64,000 nucleotides of DNA from Christensenella sp. UBA6345 (GTDB lineage Bacteria; Bacillota; Clostridia; Christensenellales; UBA1242). Location: NCBI GenBank assembly GCA_002437945.1, contig DJSB01000033.1:16796-80795 (forward strand), given 5' to 3'. The position numbers were made by a program, and so were the translations under genes. The notes below the pieces were generated by a model, which worked only from the letters and a program-made list of their open reading frames with translations, was not told where the DNA came from and did not search any database. Below are positions 29,895-39,092 of this stretch, piece after piece (position 1 is the stretch's first letter; every line of letters begins with the position of its first letter).

Positions 29895-30573
29895 CTGCAT
29901 TTCCTCCTTGTTCGTTTTGTTTATCCATTGCAGGTGCTTTCTTTCCTAGAATTTCACCTTTGCAAATCCAAACCTTAACACCTAATACACCATAAGTTGT
30001 CTTTGCAATACAATTAGCATAGTCAATGTCTGAACGTAATGTTTGAAGTGGAAGCATACCTTCTTGGTAATGTTCACTTCTAGCAATTTCAGCACCATCT
30101 AATCTACCACTAATCATAATCTTACAACCTTTAGCGCCTGCTTTCATAACTTTTTGCATTGCTTGCTTCATAGCACGACGGAATGCAACACGTTTTTCAA
30201 GTTGAGCGCAGATTGATTGTCCAACTAACATAGCATCTAGGTCAGGTTTTTTAACTTCTTTAATATTAACACTTACATTTTTGTTTTCAGTAAGGGCTAA
30301 AATTTCTTTCTTAATTTCTTCAACGCCAGCACCTTTGTTACCAATTAAAACGCCTGGACGAGAAGTGTAAATATCAACAACTACGCGGTTAGCAGTTCTT
30401 TCAATATCAACTTTTGAAATACCACAAGTAGCATATTTAGTATTGATATGTTTACGAATATGTTGATCTTCAACTAAAAACTTTGAAAAGTCTTTCTTAT
30501 TAGAAATCCAAGAAGAACTCCAGTCTTTATTGATACCAACTCTCATTCCGTGAGGACTAACTTTTTGACCCAT
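29881..30573 (-). CDS. rpsC: 30S ribosomal protein S3
   Basis: [18 protein letters not shown]. The start is at ATG 30573, behind a GGAGG RBS. Confidence 0.95.
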   Translation of the reverse strand: MGQKVSPHGMRVGINKDWSSSWISNKKDFSKFLVEDQHIRKHINTKYATCGISKVDIERTANRVVVDIYTSRPGVLIGNKGAGVEEIKKEILALTENKNVSVNIKEVKKPDLDAMLVGQSICAQLEKRVAFRRAMKQAMQKVMKAGAKGCKIMISGRLDGAEIARSEHYQEGMLPLQTLRSDIDYANCIAKTTYGVLGVKVWICKGEILGKKAPAMDKQNEQGGNADVIA

Positions 30574-30583
30574 CGAAAACCTC

Positions 30584-30973
30584 CTACTTCTTAACACTGT
30601 CTAACACGATTGTGATGTGACAGGTCCTTTTTAGTATAATATCGTGGCCGCCTCTACCTCTCCAAATTCCACGTTTTAGGGTTGGACCTTGGTTAGCGTA
30701 GCCTTCAGCTACAAATAAATCTTCTTTGTTTAAGCCTTTATTATGCTCTGCATTAGCAGCAGCAGAATTTAAAACTTTAATAACAGCATCACTTGCTGTG
30801 CTAGGAGTTTGTTCTAGCAAAGCAACGGCTTCTGCATATGGTTTACCAATAACTAAATCGATAACACGTTTAGCCTTAGTAGAACTCATTCTAACATATC
30901 TAGCAGTAGCATATGGGCGATTATCTTTGTTTTCAATTCTAGCAGCGGCTTTTTCTCTAATTCTTTTTGCCAT
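30584..30973 (-). CDS. rplV: 50S ribosomal protein L22
   Basis: ATARYVRMSSTKAKRVIDLVIGKPYAEA. Confidence 0.95.
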   Translation of the reverse strand: MAKRIREKAAARIENKDNRPYATARYVRMSSTKAKRVIDLVIGKPYAEAVALLEQTPSTASDAVIKVLNSAAANAEHNKGLNKEDLFVAEGYANQGPTLKRGIWRGRGGHDIILKRTCHITIVLDSVKK

Positions 30974-30986
30974 AACTTACTCCTTC

Positions 30987-31253
30987 TTACTTCTTATCCC
31001 CACCATGACCTTTAAAGGTTCTGGTTGGTGCAAATTCGCCTAATTTATGACCAATCATTTCACTTGTGCAATAAACAGGAATATGTTTAGAGCCATTGTG
31101 AACTGCGATTGTATGTCCAATAAATTCAGGATATATTGTTGAAGAACGGCTCCAAGTCTTAATTACTTGTTTTTTGCCACTTTCGTTCATTTCAACAACA
31201 CGCTTTAATAATTTTTCCTCTACATAAGGTTTTTTCTTTAATGACCTACTCAT
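30987..31253 (-). CDS. rpsS: 30S ribosomal protein S19
   Basis: [19 protein letters not shown]...[22 protein letters not shown]. Confidence 0.95.
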   Translation of the reverse strand: MSRSLKKKPYVEEKLLKRVVEMNESGKKQVIKTWSRSSTIYPEFIGHTIAVHNGSKHIPVYCTSEMIGHKLGEFAPTRTFKGHGGDKK

Positions 31254-31262
31254 ACTTCACTC

Positions 31263-32090
31263 CTAATTAACACGCTTAATAATTAACTTATTGCTTTGTT
31301 TTTTATGTTTTCTTGTCTTCATGCCAAGTGCAGGTTTACCCCAAGGAGTAAGTGGTGATTTTCTACCAACTGGTGACTTACCTTCACCACCACCATGTGG
31401 GTGGTCTACTGGGTTCATAACTGAACCACGAACTGTTGGTCTAACACCCATGTGTCTAACACGTCCAGCCTTACCAAGAGAAACAATTTCGTGTTCTGGG
31501 TTACCTACTGTACCTATTGTAGCACGACACTCATTAGGTACCATTCTCATTTCGCCACTAGGTAATTTAATAGTAGCAAAATTGCCTTCTTTAGCCATTA
31601 ATCTTGCTTCGTTACCAGCAGAACGAACGATTTGACCGCCCTTACCTGGTTGAAGTTCGATATTGTGGATAACTGCGCCGACTGGCATATCTTTTAATTT
31701 TAAACAGTTACCTGCTTTGATTTCTACATCTTGTCCGCTCATAACTGTATCGCCAACATTAAGTCCGATTGGGGCTAAAATGTAACGTTTTTCACCATCT
31801 ACATAATTAAGTAAAGCAATGTATGCAGAACGGTTAGGATCATATTCTATAGAAGCAACGCGTGCAGGAACATTATCCTTATCACGTTTGAAATCTATAA
31901 TTCTATATTTAACTCTGTTACCGCCGCCTTTATGTCTTACGGTTAATGTACCTTGGTTATTACGTCCAGCATATTTTTTCTTTACTGCAAGCAAACTCTT
32001 TTCTGGAGTTGATTTTGTAATTTCTTCAAAACTTGCTGTGGTGTAAGTACGACGAGCTGGAGAAGTTGGTTTATATGTTTTAATAGCCAT
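31263..32090 (-). CDS. rplB: 50S ribosomal protein L2
   Basis: [14 protein letters not shown]...[18 protein letters not shown]. Confidence 0.95.
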   Translation of the reverse strand: MAIKTYKPTSPARRTYTTASFEEITKSTPEKSLLAVKKKYAGRNNQGTLTVRHKGGGNRVKYRIIDFKRDKDNVPARVASIEYDPNRSAYIALLNYVDGEKRYILAPIGLNVGDTVMSGQDVEIKAGNCLKLKDMPVGAVIHNIELQPGKGGQIVRSAGNEARLMAKEGNFATIKLPSGEMRMVPNECRATIGTVGNPEHEIVSLGKAGRVRHMGVRPTVRGSVMNPVDHPHGGGEGKSPVGRKSPLTPWGKPALGMKTRKHKKQSNKLIIKRVN

Positions 32091-32113
32091 ATTAATATTT
32101 TCCTCCTTAACTC

Positions 32114-32404
32114 TTATGACAAGCTGTCAAAGAACTCAATTGTCTTGCTATCTTGAGTAAGTGTTACATACGCTTTCTTATAGTCTGAAGTGTAACCTTG
32201 AGTCTTACCTTGTCTTCTTAATTTACCATCAACGTTTGCTGTGTTAACTTTTGCAACTTTAACACCAAACAATGATTCAACTGCATTTTTAATTTCAGTT
32301 TTGTTAGCATCTTTCTTAACAACAAATGCATATCTTTTGTTAGCAATATTTGCATATGTTTTTTCGCTTAATAGCGGTTTAATAATAATATCAAATTGTT
32401 TCAT
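32114..32404 (-). CDS. rplW: 50S ribosomal protein L23
   Basis: [25 protein letters not shown], and operon position. Confidence 0.9.
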   Translation of the reverse strand: MKQFDIIIKPLLSEKTYANIANKRYAFVVKKDANKTEIKNAVESLFGVKVAKVNTANVDGKLRRQGKTQGYTSDYKKAYVTLTQDSKTIEFFDSLS

Positions 32405-33027
32405 TATCCTTTATATGCCTCCTCTAAATATTTAGCAGCATCTTGGGTTAAAACAACTTTGTCATTAGATACAATGTCATAAATGTTAACCACGCTAGCA
32501 TTGGTTACTTCAACGTTAGGTAAATTGTTAGATGCACGCATTACCAATTCGTCTTTTTCTTTTGTTACAAAAACAACAGATTTGTCAATTTTTAAATTCT
32601 TTAAAACATTAGCCATCAATTTAGTTTTTGCATCACTTAAATTCAAGTTGTCAACAACAATAACTTCTTGATTCTTTAATTTTGTGCTGATTGCACTCTT
32701 AAATGCGGTACGTTTTGCTTCTTTATTGATTTTCTTACTGAAATCTCTTGGCTTTGGAGCAAATACTATGCCACCACCTCTCCATTGTGGACCTTTAGTA
32801 GATCCTTGACGAGCGTGACCAGTATGTTTTTGTCTCCAAGGCTTTTTAGCATGTCCGCGAACTTCGGAACGAGTTAAAGTACTTTTTGTACCTTGACGAA
32901 GATTAGATAAATATGCAACTACAACTTGATGAATAAGACCTTCGTTGTATTCTTGCTTAAATACTTCGTCGCTTAACTTTAAGGTTCCTACTTCTTCACC
33001 TGAAATATTTAAAACTTTAACGTTCAT
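32404..33027 (-). CDS. rplD: 50S ribosomal protein L4
   Basis: RGHAKKPWRQKHTGHARQGSTKGPQWRGGG. Confidence 0.95.
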   Translation of the reverse strand: MNVKVLNISGEEVGTLKLSDEVFKQEYNEGLIHQVVVAYLSNLRQGTKSTLTRSEVRGHAKKPWRQKHTGHARQGSTKGPQWRGGGIVFAPKPRDFSKKINKEAKRTAFKSAISTKLKNQEVIVVDNLNLSDAKTKLMANVLKNLKIDKSVVFVTKEKDELVMRASNNLPNVEVTNASVVNIYDIVSNDKVVLTQDAAKYLEEAYKG

Positions 33028-33040
33028 AATTCAACTCTCC

Positions 33041-33676
33041 TTAATTAGCCTTAACTGCTTCTTTAATTGTTAAAAGACTACCTTTAACACCTGGAACAGC
33101 GCCTTTAATTAAAAGGATGTTGCGTTCAGGGTCAACTTTAACAACTTTTAAGTTTTGGATGGTTACTCTTTCATTTCCCCATCTACCACTCATCCTGTGA
33201 CCTTTGAATACTTTACCAGGATATGTGTTGGCTCCGTTACCACCAGCGTGGCGGTGAACTGGACCGTTACCATGAGTCATTCTCATACGGTTGAAGTTCC
33301 ATTTCTTAATAAGACCAGACCAACCATGACCCTTACTTGTTCCAACTACGTCAACTAAGTCGCCTTCGCTAAAAATAGAACAATCGATTTTAGCACCTAA
33401 TTGATATTCATCAGCGTTATCTAAAGTAAATTCTTTAACAAAACGCTTTGGTGTGATTTCGGCTTTTTTAAACTTGCCCATTTCTGGTTTGCTAACCAAA
33501 TTTTCACGCTTTTCGTCAAATGCTACTTGTACAGCCTTGTATCCATCTTTTTCCATGCTCTTAACTTGTGTTACAAAGCAAGGACCTGCTTCAACAACTG
33601 TTACAGGAACAACTAAGCCATTAGCGGAAAAAATCTGAGTCATGCCAAGTTTTTTGCCTAAAATTGCTTTTTTCAT
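33041..33676 (-). CDS. rplC: 50S ribosomal protein L3
   Basis: MKKAILGKKLGMTQIFSANG...GTSKGHGWSG. Confidence 0.95.
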   Translation of the reverse strand: MKKAILGKKLGMTQIFSANGLVVPVTVVEAGPCFVTQVKSMEKDGYKAVQVAFDEKRENLVSKPEMGKFKKAEITPKRFVKEFTLDNADEYQLGAKIDCSIFSEGDLVDVVGTSKGHGWSGLIKKWNFNRMRMTHGNGPVHRHAGGNGANTYPGKVFKGHRMSGRWGNERVTIQNLKVVKVDPERNILLIKGAVPGVKGSLLTIKEAVKAN

Positions 33677-33700
33677 AATTCTTTAATTCTCCTTACAGTT

Positions 33701-34009
33701 TTATAATTTTATATTGATGTCTACGCCAGCAGGCAATTCTAACTTCATTAAAGCGTCAACTGCTTTTGCTGATGGGCTATAAATATCAATAAGTCTTTTA
33801 TGAGTTCTCATCTCAAATTGTTCACGTGAATCCTTATATTTATGTGGAGCACGTATTATTGTAACAACTTCCTTATCTGTTGGTAGTGGAACTGGACCAC
33901 TTACTTTAGCACCAGACTTGATAGCAGTATCAATAATTCTCTTACTTGCTTGATCGATTAAGTTGTGATCGAAAGCAGCAAGTTTAACTCTGATTTTTTG
34001 TGTTGCCAT
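33701..34009 (-). CDS. rpsJ: 30S ribosomal protein S10
   Basis: [20 protein letters not shown]...; first gene of the S10 operon. Confidence 0.95.
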   Translation of the reverse strand: MATQKIRVKLAAFDHNLIDQASKRIIDTAIKSGAKVSGPVPLPTDKEVVTIIRAPHKYKDSREQFEMRTHKRLIDIYSPSAKAVDALMKLELPAGVDINIKL

Positions 34010-34234
34010 TAATTTACCTCCATGAAAAATTAACTTACCTAAACCCTAAAAATTACATATTTTATATATAATTACTACACGTTTCCGTGTGTTTAGTGCT
34101 GTACTACAAAAAAAATATGTATGGATTTAGTCATTTGCAATCTGTGTTGCAAACACTTGTCAAACGCAAATTATCCCCTAAAATTGGCGGTTTTATGAGT
34201 AACTTTGCGTTCCACCCCATAATACAGCACACTA

Positions 34235-34263
34235 ATTCTACCTAAAAACACGACAAAAGTCAA
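34235..34263 (-). promoter_or_regulatory. Candidate S10-operon promoter TTGACT-17 nt-TAGAAT
   Basis: The minus strand reads TTGACTtttgtcgtgtttttaggTAGAAT (-35 at 34258-34263, -10 at 34235-34240). This implies a ~220-nt 5' leader. Confidence 0.6.
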
Positions 34264-34307
34264 CACATATTTTAAAAAAAGTACATATTGTTTTTTGGTT
34301 ATTTTGC

Positions 34308-34350
34308 ACAAAAATATAGGACAACCAAGTTTTATCTTGATTGCCCTATA
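34308..34350 (-). terminator. Terminator of the LRR-protein gene
   Basis: 15-bp stem (34315-34329 / 34336-34350). Its two non-Watson-Crick positions are G-U wobbles only when read on the minus strand. T5 follows on the minus strand. Confidence 0.65.
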
Positions 34351-34533
34351 AATTTCTTTAAATTTTCATATCAAAAAGCATCTTGTAGCCATATTAAAAG
34401 CATTTTTAGTTGACACATACTATGTCTGCGTCATTTACTAATTAATTATGTTAAGTTTATTCTTTATTATTATATATATAAATATACAATTTAAATTTTA
34501 AACACTTTTAGTAAATATCTCATACATAGTAAA

Positions 34534-36627
34534 TTAATCTAAAGGTTGCAATTTATCTTTAAACGAAGCATCATTAGATAATACTGTGTATAATGGATTA
34601 GATGAATTTACATAAATTGTTTCTACAGTAGGTATTAATACTTTGCTAAATCTGCTTGATTCATTATTAAATCTTTTACCATTTTCATCAACCACTTCTT
34701 GTGCAGTCGTAATACGTATTGTCTTTAAAGAAATACAATTCATAAATGCACCAGTACCTATCTTATAACAATCTGCACCTAATTCAACACTACCAACTTT
34801 TGTACCATTGAATGCAAATGGCATAATTTCTTGTAGAGTGCTTGTAGCAACAAAATCTGCCACCGATGAACAATTATAATATTTATATAGTTTTGTTTTT
34901 GTGGAATTATATAATGCAAAGTTTTCAACTACATAATTAGCAGAATTAGATGTAATAGAAGATATAACACCAGAAACGATACTAGATTGAGTAAATGTAC
35001 TATCGTCAATATCACTTACTTTACTTCCCAATACGACATTCTTAACCACACTATAATTGAATATATTTCCACCTATACGAGTTGCATTTAAAGTAACATT
35101 ATCTAAATATTTTGTATAAGCAAAAGCATAATTGGCTATTACTTCTGTATCTGCAGGTGTAGAATAATCTGCTCCACCCCTACTTGCAGGATAACATATT
35201 AATTTAGTACACTCGGTATCCGATGAATTGGCCATACCGAATAACACGCCATCTTTTATTTTAAAATATGAATTAAAACCTTCATAAAATCCTATAGTAG
35301 ATAATGCAGGACAATTATTGAAAGCACCATCTTGAATCTCCAAAATAGAAGATTGCATTATAATTTGGGTTAAAGAAGTTGCATTAGTAAAATTAGATTT
35401 TATAGCAATAATATCACTATCATTATTTCTTCTAGGTATAATAATACTTGTTTCACTCTTATAGTCGTCTTTAAGGCCTGTAATAATATATCCATTAACA
35501 ACATCGCCATTAGGTTTAGTTACACTATAACTTTGCATATCAAATGCTTCTAACTTGGTTTCGTTGTCAGGTGTTGGAATATCTCCAAATTTTGCTTGAA
35601 TATTAATTACATATGTGTCAAGACCATCTCTAATTTCTGTAATTGCATTATCAAAATTCATTTCAAAATCAAATCCGCCATCAGTTACTCTAAACCAACC
35701 AACAAACATTTTGTTTTCCATAGTTGGGTCAATAGCAGGACGTGTAATCTTTTCGCCATAATTAATTGTTTGTGGCAAACCATACAACACACCATTTACA
35801 TAGAAATTAACTGTATATTTATATGGTATCCAATAAGCAAAGAATTGAACTTCTTTTTGATCTAGGGTGTAATGTTCAAAATCTATCTTATTATCTGGAG
35901 TAAATTCTTCACTAATATACCAACCACCAAATGTATGTCCAGTTTTTGAGATACCATCAGCCAATTTTTGAGCATCTTCAGGAACTTTACTACCCCTTGG
36001 GAATGTACGGTCAGCCATAAAGCCGACACCATCTCCAGTAACATATTTAATAGTACTCATAGGTTCGCCCCATACAGCATAATATGTACAGTTTTCTCCT
36101 GGGATTTTACCTTCACTACCCAATTCCATCATATCTTCATTAAATGTACTATAAACATAATTTTTATCAAGTGCCCAACCCTTTAATTCTTGATCGGTTT
36201 TTGTAAGTCCACAATCATCTTTAGGAAAAGTAAAAGGATTATCAAAAACATCTGTAATTGCGGCTGGCACAACACCTTCACCATCATTAGCATCAAACGA
36301 AACAGTAAATGTACCTTTTATAAAATGTGCATATATTGTTACATCACCATTAATTATATCTTCACCCGGCTTTGCTATAGTATTCTCATCAAAGTTACGA
36401 GAATAGTACCAGTTGTCAAAATAATGTCCATATTTACTAGGAGTATCAAGCAGTGGCAAAACATCACCTTTCTTTACTTCAATAGAATCAGCGACATTGT
36501 CAGCAAAAGACACAATGGCTGTTTTTGGCATAACAAAGACAACAAATAATGCTATTGCAGCACAAAATACTGCAATTGCCAAAAATACCCATATATATAA
36601 AGTTTTTCGTTTACTTATATAAGCCAT
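34534..36627 (-). CDS. Membrane-anchored surface protein with Listeria-Bacteroides (Flg_new) repeats and BspA-type leucine-rich repeats
   Basis: N-terminal TM helix (LYIWVFLAIAVFCAAIALFVVFV). The repeats include GHYFDNWYY...VTIYAHF, GHTFGGWYISEEF...FFAYW and FVGWF...IQAKF. The C-terminal half has LRR_5-like units (IQDGAFNNCPALSTIGF, IANYAFAYTKYLDNVTL, IGTGAFMNCISLKTIRI). The start is set at ATG 36627 (GGAG RBS). Confidence 0.75.
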   Translation of the reverse strand: MAYISKRKTLYIWVFLAIAVFCAAIALFVVFVMPKTAIVSFADNVADSIEVKKGDVLPLLDTPSKYGHYFDNWYYSRNFDENTIAKPGEDIINGDVTIYAHFIKGTFTVSFDANDGEGVVPAAITDVFDNPFTFPKDDCGLTKTDQELKGWALDKNYVYSTFNEDMMELGSEGKIPGENCTYYAVWGEPMSTIKYVTGDGVGFMADRTFPRGSKVPEDAQKLADGISKTGHTFGGWYISEEFTPDNKIDFEHYTLDQKEVQFFAYWIPYKYTVNFYVNGVLYGLPQTINYGEKITRPAIDPTMENKMFVGWFRVTDGGFDFEMNFDNAITEIRDGLDTYVINIQAKFGDIPTPDNETKLEAFDMQSYSVTKPNGDVVNGYIITGLKDDYKSETSIIIPRRNNDSDIIAIKSNFTNATSLTQIIMQSSILEIQDGAFNNCPALSTIGFYEGFNSYFKIKDGVLFGMANSSDTECTKLICYPASRGGADYSTPADTEVIANYAFAYTKYLDNVTLNATRIGGNIFNYSVVKNVVLGSKVSDIDDSTFTQSSIVSGVISSITSNSANYVVENFALYNSTKTKLYKYYNCSSVADFVATSTLQEIMPFAFNGTKVGSVELGADCYKIGTGAFMNCISLKTIRITTAQEVVDENGKRFNNESSRFSKVLIPTVETIYVNSSNPLYTVLSNDASFKDKLQPLD

Positions 36628-36743
36628 AACTACTCCTTTATTTTTCTTTAGTTTGTGTAAAATAATCAATTAAATTAAAAATTTAATCAAGGATTTTACA
36701 TTTAATTGTAATTACATAATACACAACAAATACAAACGAATAT

Positions 36744-36995
36744 TTATTTAATCAATTCGTTAAGTTTAGACAACATAAAATCCACTTCAATACCATGAAC
36801 TGCTGCTGCTTGTTCTAAAGTCTCCATAAGACTAAATGGACAAGTAAAACAATGCATACCAAAACCAGTAAGCACTTCTTCAACGCCATCACACAATTGT
36901 AATGCTTCGCCTATAGTCATATCTTTTTTAAACTTTTTTGCGTTCTTTTTGCAATATTTTTTATTGTCATCAACTAATTTAACTTTCTTTTCCAT
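36744..36995 (-). CDS. DUF1858 / hybrid-cluster-protein-associated redox disulfide domain protein
   Basis: DMTIGEALQLCDGVEEVLTGFGMHCFTCPFSLMETLEQAAAVHGIEVDFMLSKLNE matches the family pattern (CxxC followed by AA..HGI). The N-terminal 25 aa are basic. Confidence 0.65.
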   Translation of the reverse strand: MEKKVKLVDDNKKYCKKNAKKFKKDMTIGEALQLCDGVEEVLTGFGMHCFTCPFSLMETLEQAAAVHGIEVDFMLSKLNELIK

Positions 36996-37019
36996 AATTT
37001 ATCCTTTTGAATTATTAAT

Positions 37020-38060
37020 TTATTGTTTAAATCCACAATGTGGACAAAATGCACAATCAGAATCAATAGTCTTGCCACAAAACTTACATACTTTTTTATC
37101 ACTTTGATTAAATACGTCTTGTGTGCCGATATTTGACTTATATTGTGTATTAGAGTTATCTACCGTAACACTAGTACCACGTCTTATTATTGGTGGTATA
37201 TCGCCAAAATTTTCTTCTTCGACTTGTGTAACCATAGGATTAGAAACATCAACCTTATCTGGTACTATTTTTTCTGGCATATATTTTATACCAGATTTTT
37301 CAAATTCAGACATTACCATATTACGTTCGGCCATAAATTCAGCAACACGTTTTTGTAATTTCCTACCAAGTTTAAAACTAGTAATTTCAACATTGGTAAC
37401 TCTTACACCATAAGACTCCAATTGATCGTTAACCGCTGGATTAAGTGCAGTATTAAGAGATTGTGGGTCTAGTAAAATATCTGCAAATTCCTTATCAATA
37501 GATTCAATTACATTATTAACTACATCTCCTACAAGGTTCATGGTCAACTGTAGACCTTGTTTGTTTTTAACAACATATCTATCAAAAAGTAAGTTTTTTA
37601 AAAGTATTTCTGGGTCATATATTTGTATATCACAAAGGCCTTCGCTATACCCCTTAACTTTGCCAAATTGTGTAGATTTTTTCTTAAATTTCCCTGCCGA
37701 GCAAAATTGTTGTTTTTCCATCACTGACTTATTAAGATAATAAATATCTGCTTTAAACTTTTTTGGATATTTACCATTCTTATTAGGTCTATCTAAATGC
37801 AAACGACTAAATGATTTTGGTAATGTAGCGCCATTAATCTTGTGTTTACCACTAGGTAGTATGTCACATACTTTATCATTGCATACAAATGCTACAAAAT
37901 GAGTATCGTCTACAATAATATTTGCATTAACATTAACTACACGACTAGAACTAGGGAAAAGGTAAATAAAATGCCCTGCGAGTTCTTCTTCGCTACATTC
38001 AATATTTTTATTAAATAATTTTTTTAACTTTGCTAATAAGCCCATATTATCACCATACAA
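37020..38060 (-). CDS. SPFH-domain protein with C-terminal zinc ribbon (COG4260/YdjI-like)
   Basis: The overall layout resembles YdjI-type SPFH proteins. The C-terminus is CKFCGKTIDSDCAFCPHCG. The true start may be MGLLAKLKK at 38045. Confidence 0.55.
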   Translation of the reverse strand: MYGDNMGLLAKLKKLFNKNIECSEEELAGHFIYLFPSSSRVVNVNANIIVDDTHFVAFVCNDKVCDILPSGKHKINGATLPKSFSRLHLDRPNKNGKYPKKFKADIYYLNKSVMEKQQFCSAGKFKKKSTQFGKVKGYSEGLCDIQIYDPEILLKNLLFDRYVVKNKQGLQLTMNLVGDVVNNVIESIDKEFADILLDPQSLNTALNPAVNDQLESYGVRVTNVEITSFKLGRKLQKRVAEFMAERNMVMSEFEKSGIKYMPEKIVPDKVDVSNPMVTQVEEENFGDIPPIIRRGTSVTVDNSNTQYKSNIGTQDVFNQSDKKVCKFCGKTIDSDCAFCPHCGFKQ

Positions 38061-38259
38061 TACTTTATAGGATTATAGCAAATAATAACAAATTTACAAA
38101 ATAAATTATTAATAATATACAAACTATATAATAAAATTCACAATAATCGTACATTAAGATAATAATATTTCTAAATTAACCCGCATATATATTATTAATT
38201 AAAATCAGCAAATGATTGGGACTACACTAGTCCCTAATCGCTAGTTTTTTGGGGGAAAT

Positions 38260-38967
38260 ATGTCTAAAGTTAGCAATATAATATCTAGTTATGTAGTAAG
38301 TGTATACAATGGTCAAATAGAAGGAATTGTAAGCAATATCCTATTTAATGATAAAAAGCAAGCAAAGTATCTAATAATAAGCCAAAATGATGAACAATTT
38401 TTGGCTTTAGAAACTAAAAAAATATATAAAACTGGCAATGGTGCAATTATAATAAAAAATAATGATGTGCTAGAATTAATGGAAAGTGTTGAGTACAGAT
38501 TAAAAGAGTATTTTAGCCCTATTAATAGCATAGTTGTATCCATAGACGGCAACTATCTAGGTCACGTAAGTGATATAGAGTTGGACGATAAATATAACAT
38601 ACAAAATTTTATCGTTGATGGACAATCTTATGCATTAAATAAAGCGGTAAATATAAGTGAATCAGTAATAATAATTAACACACTTAATAAGCCACAAAAA
38701 TTGGCAAATTTCCGTAGTAAAAATAAGATAGTTATAAGTAGTGAAAAAATAAAAAATCAAACTGTAAATGTTATGGAAAATCAAACTATTTTACCTAACC
38801 GCACAATTGTTAATTATAACTTTTTAATAGGAAGAAAAGTGTCAAAAGATATACTTAATTTTAATGGAGAAATAATAATTAAAGAGAATCAAATCGTTAA
38901 TTCAAAAATACTAGATATTGCTAGAATTAATGGTAAAATTAGAGAACTAACTAAAGTAAGTATATAA
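38260..38967 (+). CDS. Hypothetical protein, possibly with two PRC-barrel-like domains
   Basis: GGGGG RBS. Repeated pattern V.S..G..lG.V.di..d......fiv (SVYNGQIEGIVSNILFND...YLIIS; SIDGNYLGHVSDIELDDKYNIQNFIVDG). The family call is tentative. Confidence 0.4.
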   Translation: MSKVSNIISSYVVSVYNGQIEGIVSNILFNDKKQAKYLIISQNDEQFLALETKKIYKTGNGAIIIKNNDVLELMESVEYRLKEYFSPINSIVVSIDGNYLGHVSDIELDDKYNIQNFIVDGQSYALNKAVNISESVIIINTLNKPQKLANFRSKNKIVISSEKIKNQTVNVMENQTILPNRTIVNYNFLIGRKVSKDILNFNGEIIIKENQIVNSKILDIARINGKIRELTKVSI

Positions 38968-38992
38968 TACAAAATAATTATTTAATATAAAC

Positions 38993-39020
38993 AAAAAACC
39001 GCTTTATTAAGCGGTTTTTT
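38993..39020. terminator. Bidirectional rho-independent terminator between convergent genes
   Basis: AAAAACCGCT...AGCGGTTTTTT. Confidence 0.8.
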
Positions 39021-39092
39021 ATATAATCAAATTGAAATAAAATACAGAGAAATATAGTAATTATTATCCTAGTAAAGATGTATAACTATACA

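Noticed and set aside
18383-33638. Numerous 60-170-aa + strand ORFs inside the ribosomal protein operons (e.g. 19252-19752, 25144-25413, 28111-28344, 31291-31635)
   Set aside because: All are antisense to highly conserved genes. They have low-complexity or hydrophobic mirror compositions and lack an RBS.
38195-38259. Hairpin (GATTGGGA...TCCCTAATC) plus a T6 run just upstream of the 38260 gene, considered as a riboswitch or attenuator
   Set aside because: The T-run is separated from the stem by ~8 nt. The region is too short for a known riboswitch aptamer, and I recognise no conserved motif.
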